In this document: positions 34,990 to 48,316 of the stretch, in pieces
Numbering within the stretch: position 1 is the stretch's first letter
Layout: each line of letters begins with the position of its first letter
Assembly: GCA_965240325.2 (NCBI GenBank)
Contig: OZ251238.1
Location: 434,001-498,000, forward strand
Origin: Rebecca billardiae RCC1528
Taxonomy: Eukaryota > Protista > Haptophyta
Length of the DNA stretch: 64,000 nucleotides
Direction: 5' to 3'
Position numbers and translations under genes: made by a program
The notes under the pieces: generated by a model
The model's input: the letters and a program-made list of their open reading frames with translations, nothing else
Database searches by the model: none
Told to the model about the DNA's origin: nothing

Positions 34990-37900
34990 CTTGGTTCGTC
35001 TGTAACTACTGTTACTACCGTGAACTCGCGCTCCTCACTCTCAGGGAGGTGTGCGGCTCGCGTGTCGAGCACATCATGGATACGTACTCCAATTGGCTGT
35101 CTCGGCGGAAGCGCAGCAGCCGGACTGCCCGGCTCAACGCCATCCTCGACATGACTGTGGGTGCCACGATCGTGATGGCAGCGCCCAGGGCTGGCCCCAA
35201 CCTGCCGGGCCATGCCCACACGAGCATGCTGGAGGAGAGCATCCTGCATGATGGTGGGACCTCCGCCGCGCGGATGATACGCGCCACCAATGGGGGAGCC
35301 GCAGCAGCTGTCCTCTCCCTCTTCACAGCGGACGGCAGGAGGGCCCTCCGTGCATACGACCCCGCGCAGGAGTGGATGTGCGGTCGCCTGGCCCATGCCT
35401 TGCTGGATGGGCTCGTTGACAACTGGCTCACCGCCCCGGAAAACTTTCTGCTCACCGGGCACCTGGGCCCTGCGGACCGGGCTGCGGCCCACGAACGCGA
35501 AATCCCTACTGATGGCAGGCTGCCAGTGCGCGGCCTGCTGGCTGACACAGACAGGCTGATGGCCGGAGTGGATGGCTCCTACGTCCCAGGCAGGGGCCAG
35601 GGGGCAGCTGCTGTGGCATATGCGCTACCCCTCACACCGGGCGGCGAGCGCCATGCCATCACCATCTTCACAGCCACGTACCCCGGCGAGCAGTCAGCCC
35701 AGAACTCTGAGATTGCCGCTGCCACCCTGGGAGTGAAGGTGCTCTCTACTATTGGAGTGCGGCACGCCCACATAGGGTGGGACTGCGATACTGCCCTGCA
35801 CCACACCCTCCGCGCCCGACCGGACTTGACAGCCCCGGGAGAGTCTGTTCCCCGCCAGGGCACTGGCACCGCAGCCAAACTCCTCTCTGGCAGCCCCCAC
35901 ATGGTGCGCCTCCTCCGGCTCCTGGACATCTGTGTCCCACCGGCGTCGGGTCACCAGTGGGCGTTTCGCCACCAACAGGCAGGCCATGCGGAACTGGACC
36001 GCCTGGTTGGCAACACCCTGGCCCCACGGTGGTCGGCCCTCGACAACGCCTTCTGTGTGAGCTCGGCCCAATGTGAAGCGTTGCTGCGCATAGTGCTCGG
36101 ACATGCCCCTGGCACCCCACGCGACGCTGCGCTCCGTACGGTCTGCAACCTGTGTGCGGATTGGGCCAGCAAGCAGGTCGCCAGGGGTGACCGGCAGGCA
36201 TCGTTCGCACTGGGGCCGATGGTCTGGCTGCCGTACAGAGTGTCACTGATGGAGCACGGCTCTGCCACGTTGCTACCGTCCTGCCCAAACCAGGTCCGCA
36301 CCCGCGTCATGGACAGGGCGCGCAGGGCTGCGCTGGAGGCACATGCTGCCACGCCTGCTGCAGCAGCGAAGTACAGGCTCAAACTGGCTGGACCCGACAG
36401 TGACCAGGAACCCGACCACCAGGGCGGTGCCCCGCTCCCATGCGATGTCCGCGAGTCCACACACTCGCTTCAGAACCAGTGGTGCCGCGAGCGCATCAGT
36501 AAGTTTGTGCTGCGCTGCGCGGTCGGTGCACTGGTTTACAATGCGGATGCTGTGGCAGCCACACCGGCCCTGGCTGGTGTCCGGCGACGGTGCACCAGCT
36601 CGCAGGCGACCTATGCCCTGGGCACAGAGTGCCTATTCTGCCTGAAGGCGGGGGACCCGAACCCAGGGCCGGATAGCGTGCACCACGTCTTCCATCAGTG
36701 CCCGCACGCACACGCGCAGCGGAAAGCTGAGGACAGGGTGGGAGCTGCGATACGTAAGGCCTCGAATGGCGCCATCCCACAGCCCGAAGCCACCCGACTC
36801 GCGGTCCAGGCGACGCTTCACCCCTTCTACTATGCTGGCAAGGTGACCGGGGCCACTGTCACAGCTGTGAAGCAAGCACTGGCTGCCCACCAGCCGCCTG
36901 GCGGCCAGCCGGTGCAGTACGCCACTGGGATGATCCACAAGCCCTTGGCCCTGGCCGCCAGCAAAATCCACGACGAGCGCAGGGCGCTGAGCCTCAGCTC
37001 GGCGTATGCCAAGACGTACGACTTGGATAAGTACTGGGCCCTCCTCCATAAGCAAGGCCAGGCGGCTGCCAGCCAGGCGGAGCCCGCCCCTGCTGCTGAG
37101 GTGGCAGAGCCAGGCCCACCTGCTGAAGACTCGCCAGCCCCCAATGAGCTGCTGCAACAGCAGCCGGCCGCAGCTGCCCCACCGGCTACAGGTGCCCCCG
37201 CCAGCGATGCGCAGGCGCCCGCTGCGTTGGGGCCTGGCCTTGCTCCAGCAGCGGCGAGCCACCCCCTGCCTGCACAGCTGCTGGGCCCGGTGCCGGAGGG
37301 CGCCGCAGCTGAGCCGCCAGCAGCAGCGCACGCTGGCCTGGCTGGCGCGGCGATGCACGGCGCACAGCGTGGCAGCAGGCGGCGGCCCCGCTCGCCCGAT
37401 GCAGACGCCCTGGCACGCCAGGATGAAAACGGTGCGAGTGGGCCCCCTGCCCAGCAGCGGCGGTTGGCAGCAGCAGCAGGCTCCACCCCTCGCACTGCGG
37501 GCCCCCCAAGCTACGATGTGGCTGCCGGCCACTCTCAACACCCTGCACACCGGCGGCCAGCAGTGCTGCTGCCACCTATGCCTGCCTACGCTGCTGTCCA
37601 GCCGCAGTGGCGCGGGGCGGCCACTGAGCTGCTGGCAGCAGCGGGGCATGCTGTGTACCCTACGTGCATGCATGGGGACTGCCTCCTGCTGGCAGCCATG
37701 GGCTATGTCGAGGAGCGTGCCGCCGCAGTGGGCCCCTGCACCGCCGCCTACCAGGCAGTCCGCTTCCTCAGGGCAGCTGCTGTGGACTGGGTGCTCGGCA
37801 CGGCACGTCTCTCACGGACTCACCGGCTCCAACTGGGGCTCGTGGATGCGGATGGACTGGAGGCCATCAGCATGTCAGACAGCTATAGGGCCACGTACCA

Positions 37901-39250
37901 TGGGCAGGGCGCCCAGCCAACCCTGCAAGAGTTCGCCGCGCCGCTCAGGGCTGCCGCACGATACGGGGCCGATGGCAGGCTCGCCGCCGGTGGGGCGTCG
38001 AGGTACTGGCCCACGGTCATGATACCAGCGGTTGCTGCCGTCATGGGGCGTGACATCGCCGTGTTCCAGCCGCGCGCCAGCCAGGCTGCCCCTGCTGGTG
38101 GGACAGCAGGCAGGCCCGAGAGCTCTGATGCAGTCGGGCACCTGGTGGCGTGCACGCTGTATAGGCACGTGCCGCGGTGGTCCAGCATGAACAACCCAGT
38201 GTATACGGACCCCCAACGCTGGCAACACCCGCAGGGGGAGCCTGCAGGAGCTCCAGTGGGCCCGCGCCAGCAACAGTCGGTACGCGAACGCCTCCTTGCG
38301 CGTGACCCAACTCTTGCAGCAGTGTACTTTGATGGCACCGGGCACTACGAGCCTGTGCTGCCGCTGCCGAGCCGACCGGGGCTCAAGGACAGGGAGAGCT
38401 GCCCCACAAGCAACCGGCGCGGCAAACAGCCCAGGGACCGGCCAGACGACTGCCCTGAAGACCATGGCACAGGTGCTGGTGATGGGCAGCGGCGGTTGCC
38501 GGACAGCTCTGCGCTGCCTCCGCCCAGCACCGCGGCAGGCACCGGTAAGCGCCCTATGCACAGGGCCTGCACAGGCAGCCCCCAGTCACCGGTGGCACTC
38601 GCCCCCCCGCTTGGACACCCCCGGGGGTGTAGCCAAGGAGGTGCCAGCAGCAGCGCCGGCGCTCAAGCACCACCCGTCGCGCCGCGTGGCGACCCCCCTG
38701 CGGTGGGGCGTGGCCCGCCGGCCAAACGGAGCCGCCCGGATTCCGATACCCTGAAGCAGCCTCTCTGGCCTGGCGCCCCCTCTCCTGACCAGCCCAGACC
38801 CCCGACGCCTGCGGGGCCGGACGCCCCGCCCCTACGCAAGTCTGCCAGGCTGTGCCAGAGCCGCACGCGCGGCGCAGGCATGACTGCAGCTCCACACCAG
38901 CACAACGACGCTTCGCGCGCACCCGGCGCGCCGACACAGCCTGCCCGGGAGAAGCCAGCAGGGGCTGACCTTGGGCAGCAGCCATACATGCAGGCCAGCA
39001 TGAGCGGTGGGGTGGCATCAGTGCCGGCCCCGGCCCGCAAACGCAAACAGCCGGACGCCCCGGCCCACACAGCTGATGCGCCAGCAAACCCTGCTCCGGG
39101 CCACAGAACCCTGCCGCCGGCTTTGAGGCCGACTCGCCACACTGGGGCACATATCACCTGAGGGCCAGGCCTTCTGTGTGATGAGCTACCCCAGTCATGC
39201 CGCTTGATACACACCTTCCCCAACCGACAGTGGGGCTCTACATTCCCTAC
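34990..39250 (+). mobile_element. 5'-truncated non-LTR retrotransposon; open frame to 39161 with RNase H, CCHC finger and OTU-like domain; RT absent
   Basis: RNase H acidic residues in VDGS, NSEI, WDCD and CADW; CLFC-x10-HHVFHQC; OTU-like HGDCLL...DGTGHYEPV. Visibly less CG-rich than host genes and intronless; boundaries approximate. Confidence 0.75.
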
Positions 39251-39308
39251 TACATCCTCATTCTGTCGGCGCGCTGTCGCATCGGCGCCCAGTCGGCGAG
39301 TTCGGACG

Positions 39309-39518
39309 ACGACGTTTTGTGGACGACGGTGGGGCGAGGACGACGGGCGCTGGCGTGCCGCGAGGCGGCCGCAGCCCTCATCCAGGCCTCGCAGGCGGAC
39401 GGCTGAACGAATTTTTCCGGCGGCGCTACCATCGGCGACGGCTTCATGGGCGGTGACAGTTGGCGGGCGTCAATCTCGCCTGCCTGAGCTGTGTGCGTCT
39501 CTTATTCTTAGTAAACTG
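39309..39518 (-). repeat. Solo TA|CAGTTTAC repeat end, about 210 bp (best-preserved copy)
   Basis: Reverse complement closely matches 52349-52580 and ends ...GTAAACTG|TA. Confidence 0.85.
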
Positions 39519-39855
39519 TAGTCTTGCAGCGTATAGACGATAATAACGCCGCCAACGCGGTGACGGCTGACGCTGAAATTGAATTCTCCGGTGCCGCGGA
39601 CCGTGCGCCACTCACGCGTCAGTGCGCCCGGCACTGCGGAGCCCGCCCAATCGGGCAATCCGGTCCGGGTCCCACTACCTGCATGAGTGTGACCGGACGT
39701 CATTAGACATTATACGCTGCTGATCGAGAGATCGCAGCGCACCGCTGAGAGTGAGACTGGAGCCCCAGCCAGTGCCGAGTGCGACGCTGACGCATGCTGC
39801 GACGCTGACGGCGTGACGGCATGCCGCACGCACGTGATACGTCCCACATCGCGTA

Positions 39856-41729
39856 TCAATCGCCATGTGCTTTGCTTCCGAGTCCCGGCAAGGCGGCTTC
39901 TGCTGCTGCGGCCACCGCTGCTGCAGCGGGCGCAGCCTTGGCACCAAGCGCGGCCGTTGACGGCGCATCTGCAGCCACGGCCACCGCTGCGCTGTCTGCC
40001 GCCGCCGGCGCGGGCCCGGCTTCGAAGGCGTACCCAAACTCGTTGGCGCGCGAGCGGTCGATCGGGTAGCACCAGCGCTGGTACAGCAGGATGAAGAAGA
40101 CGACATCGTCACGCAGGCACGCGATGCGGTGCGCGGTCGGCATCGAGACCATCAGTGCGAACGCGTCGTCCACAAACGTGTTGAACGCCTTGTAGAAGAG
40201 CATGCGCCACGGCAGGTGCGCCACCGACCTGCGGGCGCGAGCGGCGCGCGAGCCGTGCGCGCACACGCACCGCTCAGTCCACCAAAAGCGCGGCGCGGCG
40301 GGCCCTCCGCGCCGCGTGCGCGGCGCGGCGGCGCGCACTTGAGCTTGTAGTTGACAAAGAGCTGCGGCGTCATGCCCACAAAGCCGAAGAGATAGACGCA
40401 CTTGGCCGCCGCGCCCACCAGCCACGACCACCACGACTTGTGCGGGTACATGATCAGCGTGTACAGCGCGAGGCCGACGGCGAGCGGCGCGAGCGCGTGG
40501 CCGAGCACCGACGCACCGAGAGCGTCGAAGCTCTCCGTCGCCGCCTCGCGCGCCGCGGCCTCGGCGCGCGCCGCGTCGCGCGACGCGTCGCCGGTGGAGG
40601 GCGCGGCGAAGCGGCGCGCGGTGAGCGCGCGCGCGCGCCAGACCGTCCACAGCTTCCAGCTCTGCAGCCCAAAGTCGAGGGTGGACGAGTACAGGATCAC
40701 CCGGTTCACGTCCTCGCCGTCCCACAGGTAGAGCAGGATGATCAGCGAGCTGAGCGCGCTCGAGCCGAGCGAGCGCGCCGAGAGCCCGGCCACGTTCTGC
40801 CGGCCGCGGAAGAAGCCCACGTCCGAGGAGAAGGCGAGGTAGGCGAGCACCATGTGCGTCCAGCCGAAGAGCTGCTCGAGCGCGAGGCGGTACAGCCGCT
40901 CCTCGCCGAACAGCTCGCGCAGGTCGTCCATGTCCTCCGGGCCGAGCCGCATCATCGCCGCCGCCTTGGTGAAGCCGTCCTCTGCGTGCGAGATCACGCG
41001 GTGCGCGAGCAAGGAGCGGGGCAGCCACTCGAGCGTGAGCGCGGGGTGCGGCCGGTCGAGCTCGGGGCTCATCTCGCGCGCGTGGCGGCGGAGCACGTTG
41101 AAGTCGTCCACGTAGAAGTAGGGCATGTACGCGCGCCGGTCGGGCAGCGCGCGCAGCAGCATGCCGCACGCCAGCACGTGCGAGCGGTGCTTGTGCTCGT
41201 CCTGCACGATGCGCACGCGCAGCGCCGAGCCGCCGTAGCGGTAGTGCGGGACGGGCAGGCGCGGCGCGGCGGCGCGCTCGGACGAGCCCTGCAGGAGGTA
41301 GTCCCGGCTCGAGTAGGGCAGCAGGTGCGCGACCAGCGCCGTGCGCGCAACGAGGAGCGGCGGCACGGGCTGGAACGCGGCGGGATCGGGCGTCGCGTCC
41401 AGCGCGCCGCGCCTGTAGACGAAGATGTGGAGCCACAGGCTGGCGTTCTCGCGGCGGACCTCGCGCGGGATGGGTATCGTGAGCGTCGCGTTCATCTGCT
41501 CGTACAGCCGCACGCCGCTCGCCGACCACACCCCCGCCGCATCGGAGCCGGGCGTGAGGTGCTCTTGCATCGACACGAACGCGCGGATGTCCACGACCGT
41601 GTCCGGACCCAGCGCGGGCACGAAGCAGGCCGGGCCGTGGCACGTCTCCGGGAAGGCGATCGTGGCGAAGGACCAGCCGAACGCGATGACGTACGCCCCT
41701 GCTGCGAAAAGGATCACCCTGCCGAGCAT
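39856..41729 (-). CDS. CLPTM1: CLPTM1-family membrane protein (lipid scramblase family); exons 41729-40339, 40228-39856
   Basis: GMTPQLFVNYKLKSVAHLPWR across the intron, YKAFNTFVDD.FA, HRIACLRDDVVF, YQRW.YPIDRSRANEFG. Confidence 0.92.
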
Positions 41730-41919
41730 GGCGCCGCGAGCCGCGAGGTCGTCGCGGCCGCACGATGGCTACCGCGCCTCCGGAATTTCCGGATGACAAG
41801 GACCGCCAGTAGTTCTTGACAACGGACGCTCGCGCCTGCCAAGTGCCAAGGACCGATCGCGAGACTTGAGACTTCGCGGAACGTTCGATCCGCCAGCAGT
41901 GTTTCTGCGGGGACGTGAG

Positions 41920-43622
41920 ATGCGGGCGGCGAGACGGGCGGGTTGCTCCACGCGCGCGCTCGTGCTCGCGGCCGTGGCGGCTTGTGCGCGGGCGGAGCTC
42001 GCGATCACGTCCGGGGCTCACGCGGGGCTCACCCTCAGCGCCGCCTCGTACACCTTCTCCGAAGCGAGCGGCGCACCAGCCGCAACGGCGGGCGAACTCG
42101 TGCTGGCTGAGGCGGACGCATGGACGGCCGGCTGCCCGCCCGTGTACTCGGGGCATCAGCCGCTGCGCGGCAAGATTGTGGTGCACGCCAACCCACCTTT
42201 CTCAACTTTGTGCACAGCCGCATCGTACGCCGCCGGCGCCGCCGACGCTGGCGCCCTCGGCTACGTGCAGTACGACGACATGCACGCGTTGATTGGCAGC
42301 GTGCCCGGCTGGGACGCCCGAGCGTTCGCCGAGTTCGACGGACACGCGCCGTTGGCGTGGCCGCTGCCGCCGGACCCGCGCCGCACGGCATTGGCGCCTA
42401 TCGTGGCCGCCGACGCGCGCTCGCCCGCGCTCACGCCCGTCATCACCGCGCTGCGCGCAGGCGCGCTCGTGCATGCGCGGCTGCGGCCGGCGCGCGGCGA
42501 GTTCGAGGCGCTGTGGGACTCGGTGGCGTGGGGCGTGTGGTGCGCAGTGATGGCGGCGCAGGCGCTCGCGGTCGTCGAGCTCGTCGCGTGCCGCCTGTAC
42601 GCCCTCGCGCGCGCCGACGGCGGCGTGTGCCGCGCCGCCGGCCGCTGGCGCTACTCCTCCGTACACGCGCTCGCGCTCGTGCTTCTGATGGTGAACGTGT
42701 ACAGGGTGGGCTACTTCGTCATAGACCCGCTGCACTCGCGCGGCGTGTTCTCCGTCGCGTTCAACCTGCTGCTCATCTCGTGCGACGACTCAGTCGCCGC
42801 GTCGGGCTCCACGCTCTTCCTCCTGCGCCTCGCTGCCGGCGCGCGTGACGCCGGTGTCGGCGCCCGCTGCGCACTCGCACGGCGGCGGCCGAGGCGCGCA
42901 CTGATGGCCGCCGCATTTGCCAACATCACGCTGGACTTTGTCACGTCGCTCGCCTTCTTCTGGGCGTACGAGATGCACTGGACGATTCTGCGGGTGCGCG
43001 CTCCGCGATCCGGCCGAGTGCGCCCGTCCTTGCCACATCCGCGCGCCGGCGCTGCTGACAGAGAGCGCGGCTGGCCGCTGCCGCGACTGCTGTGCTCACA
43101 CCGCGCGCTCACACCGCGCGGCGCCGCTCTCACGTCCCTCGCCAGTTCTTCGTCGTGAGCGTGGCGTTTCCCTTTGCGCTTGTGCTCCTGGCTCTCTCCA
43201 CCGAGCGCGCCGTGACTCGGGAGCTGCGCGCTCGCCAGGCTGGGGCCGACGAGTCGGCCAGCAGGGCCTCTCTGGCCGCCGTGCGGCGCACTGTGGCGGC
43301 CGCGCGCGTGTACGCTGGCTGTCGCGTGCTCGGCCTTGCAGCCCAGCTCGTGTTCTGGTCCTGGGGGATGTACACGCCACACCGGATGCCTCTTGTCGTA
43401 CTCGTGCACATGTCCGCCCTCATCTGGTCATCGTACGCCCAGGCCGAGGCCCTTCTCCCGCCGGCTGGCGTGCACGTGCCGCGCGGCCCACTGCGCGCGC
43501 TCATCGAGCTCGCCGTGCCATCGCTCGCGCTGTCACGCGCGCCGCAGGCGGCCGCAGGTACTGCCAGCACGGCGCCAGCGCACGCATCCGGCAGTGTCGC
43601 CGTCTTTGCTGACAAGCAGTAG
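41920..43622 (+). CDS. Signal peptide + PA-domain-like ectodomain + multi-pass membrane protein; exons 41920-42993, 43146-43622
   Basis: GELVLA...GC...LRGKIVV...AADAGALGYV resembles a protease-associated domain; about 7 hydrophobic segments follow; GT-AG intron keeps frame. Confidence 0.65.
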
Positions 43623-44506
43623 CGTATACTCGGAGTGGCGGCAGTCGGTGCGGCTGTAGGCGGGCCGTGTAGCCGCATTATTTATCGTCATTGATAATAA
43701 ATGTAGATATATTTATTAATAGTTTCGAGTTAATACAATATATATTATATAAATGTTGAGCTGACGCAGCCTGGGGCGCGCATCTCAGCAGATGGCGTCG
43801 CCGCTGGGACGTCAGGGCCGGCGCCGCACCAGGCGGGCCGGCGGCATCAGCTACGGAGCAGTGGCTGGCTCTGGCGGCGCGCGCGCGCGGCGCGCGCGGC
43901 GGCAGGAGCGCGAGCGCAGCAGCGCTGGCGCGGAGCGACGTGGACGCGGAGCGCGGACGCGGCAGTGCGGACGCGGGGCGACACGGGCGCGGAGCGTGCG
44001 CGGGCGGTACTGCCCGGCGCAGCGCGGCACGGATGGCACGCCGGCGGCACAGGCGGGCGCCATCGTGGGAGAGTCCAAGGAACAACGGACTCGTTCACTT
44101 CATTCATGGACGCCCGGACTCTCAGTTTTGAGAATCGAGAGTCCGGGATCATGGGTCCGTGCGCAGGTTACCCAGGTCCGATGACATTACCGAGTACCTG
44201 GGGGAAAGATAAGCAGTTACGGCGGTGCGTCGGGAACACCTGTGATTGGTTGACGCACGGGGCGTGCGGCTCGGAATCATTGAGATTCCCCGAGCCGGGC
44301 CAGCAAACGCCGGGTCACCCCGCCGGAGCCGAAAAGAGCTCGGCGGGAGGTTAGCTTCGCTCGTCCGAAGAGCGAGAGTCGAGATTGCCTTCGTGGGCGT
44401 CACCGACGACGCGCCCGACTGGACGTGCCGGTGAGCTTTTAGCAGGGCTCGAGACGCTCGGAGCTCGCGTTTACCCAATAATAAATACGTATATTGATTA
44501 TAATAT

Positions 44507-46123
44507 GTGGCGTTATAGCGCAGCTATAACCGAGTGTGTCCGGAGGCTAGAAGGAGGCGATGCAGGCGTGCCGCTTGCCGACCAATTGGGCTTAATCCAT
44601 CATCTGCCGCGATTGCCGCGCCGATGCCGATGGCGATTGCGTGATCCTGCAGGTAGTGACTGCTGGTACCCAATGGTGCCGGCTGCTCACGTTTTCCGAG
44701 TGATTGCTGCTCCACCATCTCGACCGACCCTTCAACAGACAACACCAGGGAGTATGTTTGACAAGATCTTTACTATCATCGTGATGTGCTATTATTACAT
44801 TCTTCATCACCACTCATGGCAGCACCTCCTTTATGGCCTCCTGTCCAACTCTTCTATACGGCTCGCTCGTGTAGTCTATTTATTTGGCGGCTCTCGAGAT
44901 AGCATGTGCTGATGAGATTGATCTCTTGGGAGCTTCTCCATCAGCATCCAGGCAGCTTCTCATTCGTCAAGCAAGCGGCCAGCCCCAAGCTCATTATCGT
45001 TGTGGCCGCTTCTAGTAACTACGACCTGCTATCGAGCCGAGCCACTTGGGCATCCTCGGGCCCCCTGCTCATCCGCGCAGCAAAGCACAAAGAGGATCCA
45101 TCGCCTCCCGTCGTGCTTCTTTGCGCGAACATGCAATCGCTGTGGCACCGTCGGCTCAGTCGCTCTTCCTGTTCAGCCCGGAACAAATCCCAACCTCGAG
45201 TATACATCATCGGCATATCTATAGGCGATGCTACTTGGAGACAGCTTCGCTCTTCATGCAGGAGGACACGTGGCGTTATAGCGCAGCTATAACCGAGTGT
45301 GTCCGGAGGCTAGAAGGAGGCGATGCAGGCGTGCCGCTTGCGACCAAGGGCTTAATCCATCATCTGCCGCGATTGCGTGATCCTGCAGGTGGTGACTGCT
45401 GGTACCCAATGGTGCCGGCTGCTCACGTTTTCCGAGTGATTGCTGCTCCACCATCTCGACCGACCCTTCAACAGACAACACCAGGGAGTATGTTTGACAA
45501 GATCTTTACTATCATCGTGATGTGCTATTATTACATTCTTCATCACCACTCATGGCAGCACCTCCTTTATGGCCTCCTGTCCAACTCTTCTATACGGCTC
45601 GCTCGTGTAGTCTATTTATTTGGCGGCTCTCGAGATAGCATGTGCTGATGAGATTGATCTCTTGGGAGCTTCTCCATCAGCATCCAGGCAGCTTCTCATT
45701 CGTCAAGCAAGCGGCCAGCCCCAAGCTCATTATCGTTGTGGCCGCTTCTATAGTAACTACGACCTGCTATCGAGCCGAGCCACTTGGGCATCCTCGGGCC
45801 CCCTGCTCATCCGCGCAGCAAAGCACAAAGAGGATCCATCGCCTCCCGTCGTGCTTCTTTGCGCGAAACCCACCATCCGCCCCTGCAGCCTCCGTATCTC
45901 ACTCTCAGTTGTCTGAGCTTGTCAGGGACCTGCAGTCTGTGCTGCGCTCGCCTGAGCCAGGGACCTTGCCACCACATTCAATCGCTGTGGCACCGGCGGC
46001 TCAGTCGCTCTTCCCGTTCAGCCCGGAAGTGGCGGAACAAATCCCAACCTCGAGTATACATCATCGGCATATCTATAGGCGATGCTACTTGGAGACAGCT
46101 TCGCTCTTCATGCAGGAGGACAC
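44507..46123 (-). mobile_element. Head-to-tail dimer of an asymmetric-IR/3'-hairpin element (subfamily A); units 44507-45269 and 45270-46123
   Basis: Near-identical units joined GGACAC|GTGGCG with no spacer. Each has stem GTTATAGC-GCA-GCTATAAC 5 nt from one end, then GTGTCC, whose inverse GGACAC is the other terminus. Flanks are ATAT|...|ATAT. Confidence 0.8.
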
Positions 46124-47625
46124 ATATGTATATATATATATATATTATACTGCTGCGTAGCGCAGCATCCGTCATCACTCATCAGACCCGGTCATCCACG
46201 TCATCGTCGTCGTTCAGATTGCGACTACGACCATTGTAATAAACATATATGACCGCGTTCCGCGGTCCTTCCGTAGAACCAACGTAGTTAGGGGCCCGCG
46301 GTGCACTCTCCGTCGGCATATGCTGTCCGTCCAACGTGCGGCCGTAGCGGCAGCAGCAGCGCGGAGCGCCGTCGAGCACGCGCGGCAAACGAATAATGGA
46401 ATATTATGCAGCGCGGGCGAGTCGACGGTCTGGAAAATGCGCGATCACGCCACAGCAGGCTGGCAGAGCCCGCCCCGAGCTGCAGCATGCGCCGTAGGTG
46501 CTGCCCCAAGCTCTCGACTGCCCGTAAGCGGCGGCATGTGCGGCGGCGCCGGCGGCGGCCATGCTGCCCCGCCGTTGCGCGCCGCGGGGCGCTGCCAGCA
46601 CCTCCGTGGTGAAGCGCACAGCGCTCGAGCCCACAGGGGCTGGCGACCGTCAAACCGACACCCCATGACACGGGCCGGGGCTGCGTGTGCCAGCTGCACG
46701 CACCCCCTGGGCCCACCTGGCCCGCTCGAGCAGCTCGCGCCTTGGGTGCGCACAGCGGCTCGAGTATACTGGTATGGACTATGGGACGCCTGCTAGTGCT
46801 GCGGTGCCGCCGAGCGAGCACGTGCGGCCGAGGGTCACGCAGCACGGGCGACTCGACGGCGGCGAGCAGGCGCGACGGCCTCGCCGCGCCACGGTAGAGC
46901 CTGCCCGGGCTGCAGCACGCCATAGGAGTAGCCCAGCGCCCTCCTCCGCCCTCCAGCTTCGGCGCGCGCAGCAGGCCCGGCGGCGGACATGCTGGCGTGC
47001 CCAAGCAAGCAGGCAGATGGGCGCTGCCGGCCGCGCCGTCGCAAAGCGCGCAGAACTCGAGCTCGGGGGGGCGGACGGCCGCCAAACTGGCGCCGCAGGA
47101 CGTGGCACTGCGTGCGCCAGCTGCGCGCACCCGCTGCGCCCGCGTAGCCCGTGCGAGCGCCGCGCCTCGAGCACACGCCGCAGCAGCTCGACACAGCCAC
47201 TGCAGTGCCACGCCGTGGCCCGTCGGCATCTTGGAAGCCGCCGAGAGCGTGTGCTTTCCCCGCACGACGGCGGTAGCTGCCGCGATGTATACGAGCGTGC
47301 TGCCGCGCCGGCCGCCGCTGCCCGGCCGCTGCGCCGGCTTCCACTCCGCGCCCGCTGCGCGTCCGCAGCTGGCAGCTGCGCCCGCCGTCAGCCGGCCCGG
47401 TGGCCAGCTGCCGCGCTCGCTGGGCGACCACTCGATGATGCGCGCAGCGTAAAGTGCGCGCTGGGCACCTCCTCGTCGCGTGCAATTTCGAGGTAGTCCT
47501 GCATCTGCTCCTGCATCAGCCCCTCCCACCCTGCGCGCGGGCGCGGACGGAGTCGCACGCACGCGGTCCGATCGACGATCGATCGAGGCGCGGGCCGCGG
47601 CGGGACGGGCGTCGACGCGCAGGTT

Positions 47626-48084
47626 AGTTAGGTATGGTGCCGGCGCTTCCCGCAGGCGTTGCGCGCTTGGGGCGAGTGGGGCGCGTGGGCGAGACCAGCG
47701 GCCAGCCAGCCCACGCCACCGGCGCGAGGGCACCGGCGCGGCGCGCACACACACTTTGGGCCGCGGACCTGGTCGCGGAGTTAGGTATGGTGCCGGCGCT
47801 TCCCGCAGGCGTTGCGCGCTTGGGGCGAGTGGGGCGCGTGGGCGAGACCAGCGGCCAGCCAGCCCACGCCACCGGCGCGAGGGCACCGGCGCGGCGCGCA
47901 CACACACTTTGGGCCGCGGACCTGGTCGCGGAGTTAGGTATGGTGCCGGCGCTTCCCGCAGGCGTTGCGCGCTTGGGGCGAGTGGGGCGCGTGGGCGAGA
48001 CCAGCGGCCAGCCAGCCCACGCCACCGGCGCGAGGGCACCGGCGCGGCGCGCACACACACTTTGGGCCGCGGACCTGGTCGCGG
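47626..48084. repeat. Three tandem, apparently identical 153-bp units
   Basis: Units start at 47626, 47779 and 47932 with AGTTAGGTATGGTGCC. Confidence 0.95.
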
Positions 48085-48316
48085 GGCCGCCGCGCGGCTG
48101 CGTGACCGGCAGCTGTGAGTGAGCTGATCGAGTGAGCAAGCCGAATGCGCGTCCGGAGGTACCTGCAGGCGCGCTCGGGGAGGGCCGAGGGCGATAGGTC
48201 GAGACCAGCGGCCGGCCGGCACCCGTCGCGCACGCACTCGGTGCGCGCCTTTGAAGGCGGCATCCTCGCTCGGGCCGATGTCGTCGCGCCGCTCGCGAGC
48301 ACGAGACAGCTGACAG

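Noticed and set aside
34862-39518. Direct repeats flanking the RNase H ORF as LTRs
   Set aside because: The same repeat occurs at three unrelated sites, the two copies are unequally degraded, and there are no TG...CA ends, gag or integrase.
43755-44476. Possible sixth T|G...C|A element between AT-rich flanks
   Set aside because: The boundaries and a weak stem fit, but I found no convincing asymmetric inverted repeat or second copy.
44385-46239. ORFs within the tandem dimer
   Set aside because: The frames are broken by indels between the two copies and show no protein-like features.
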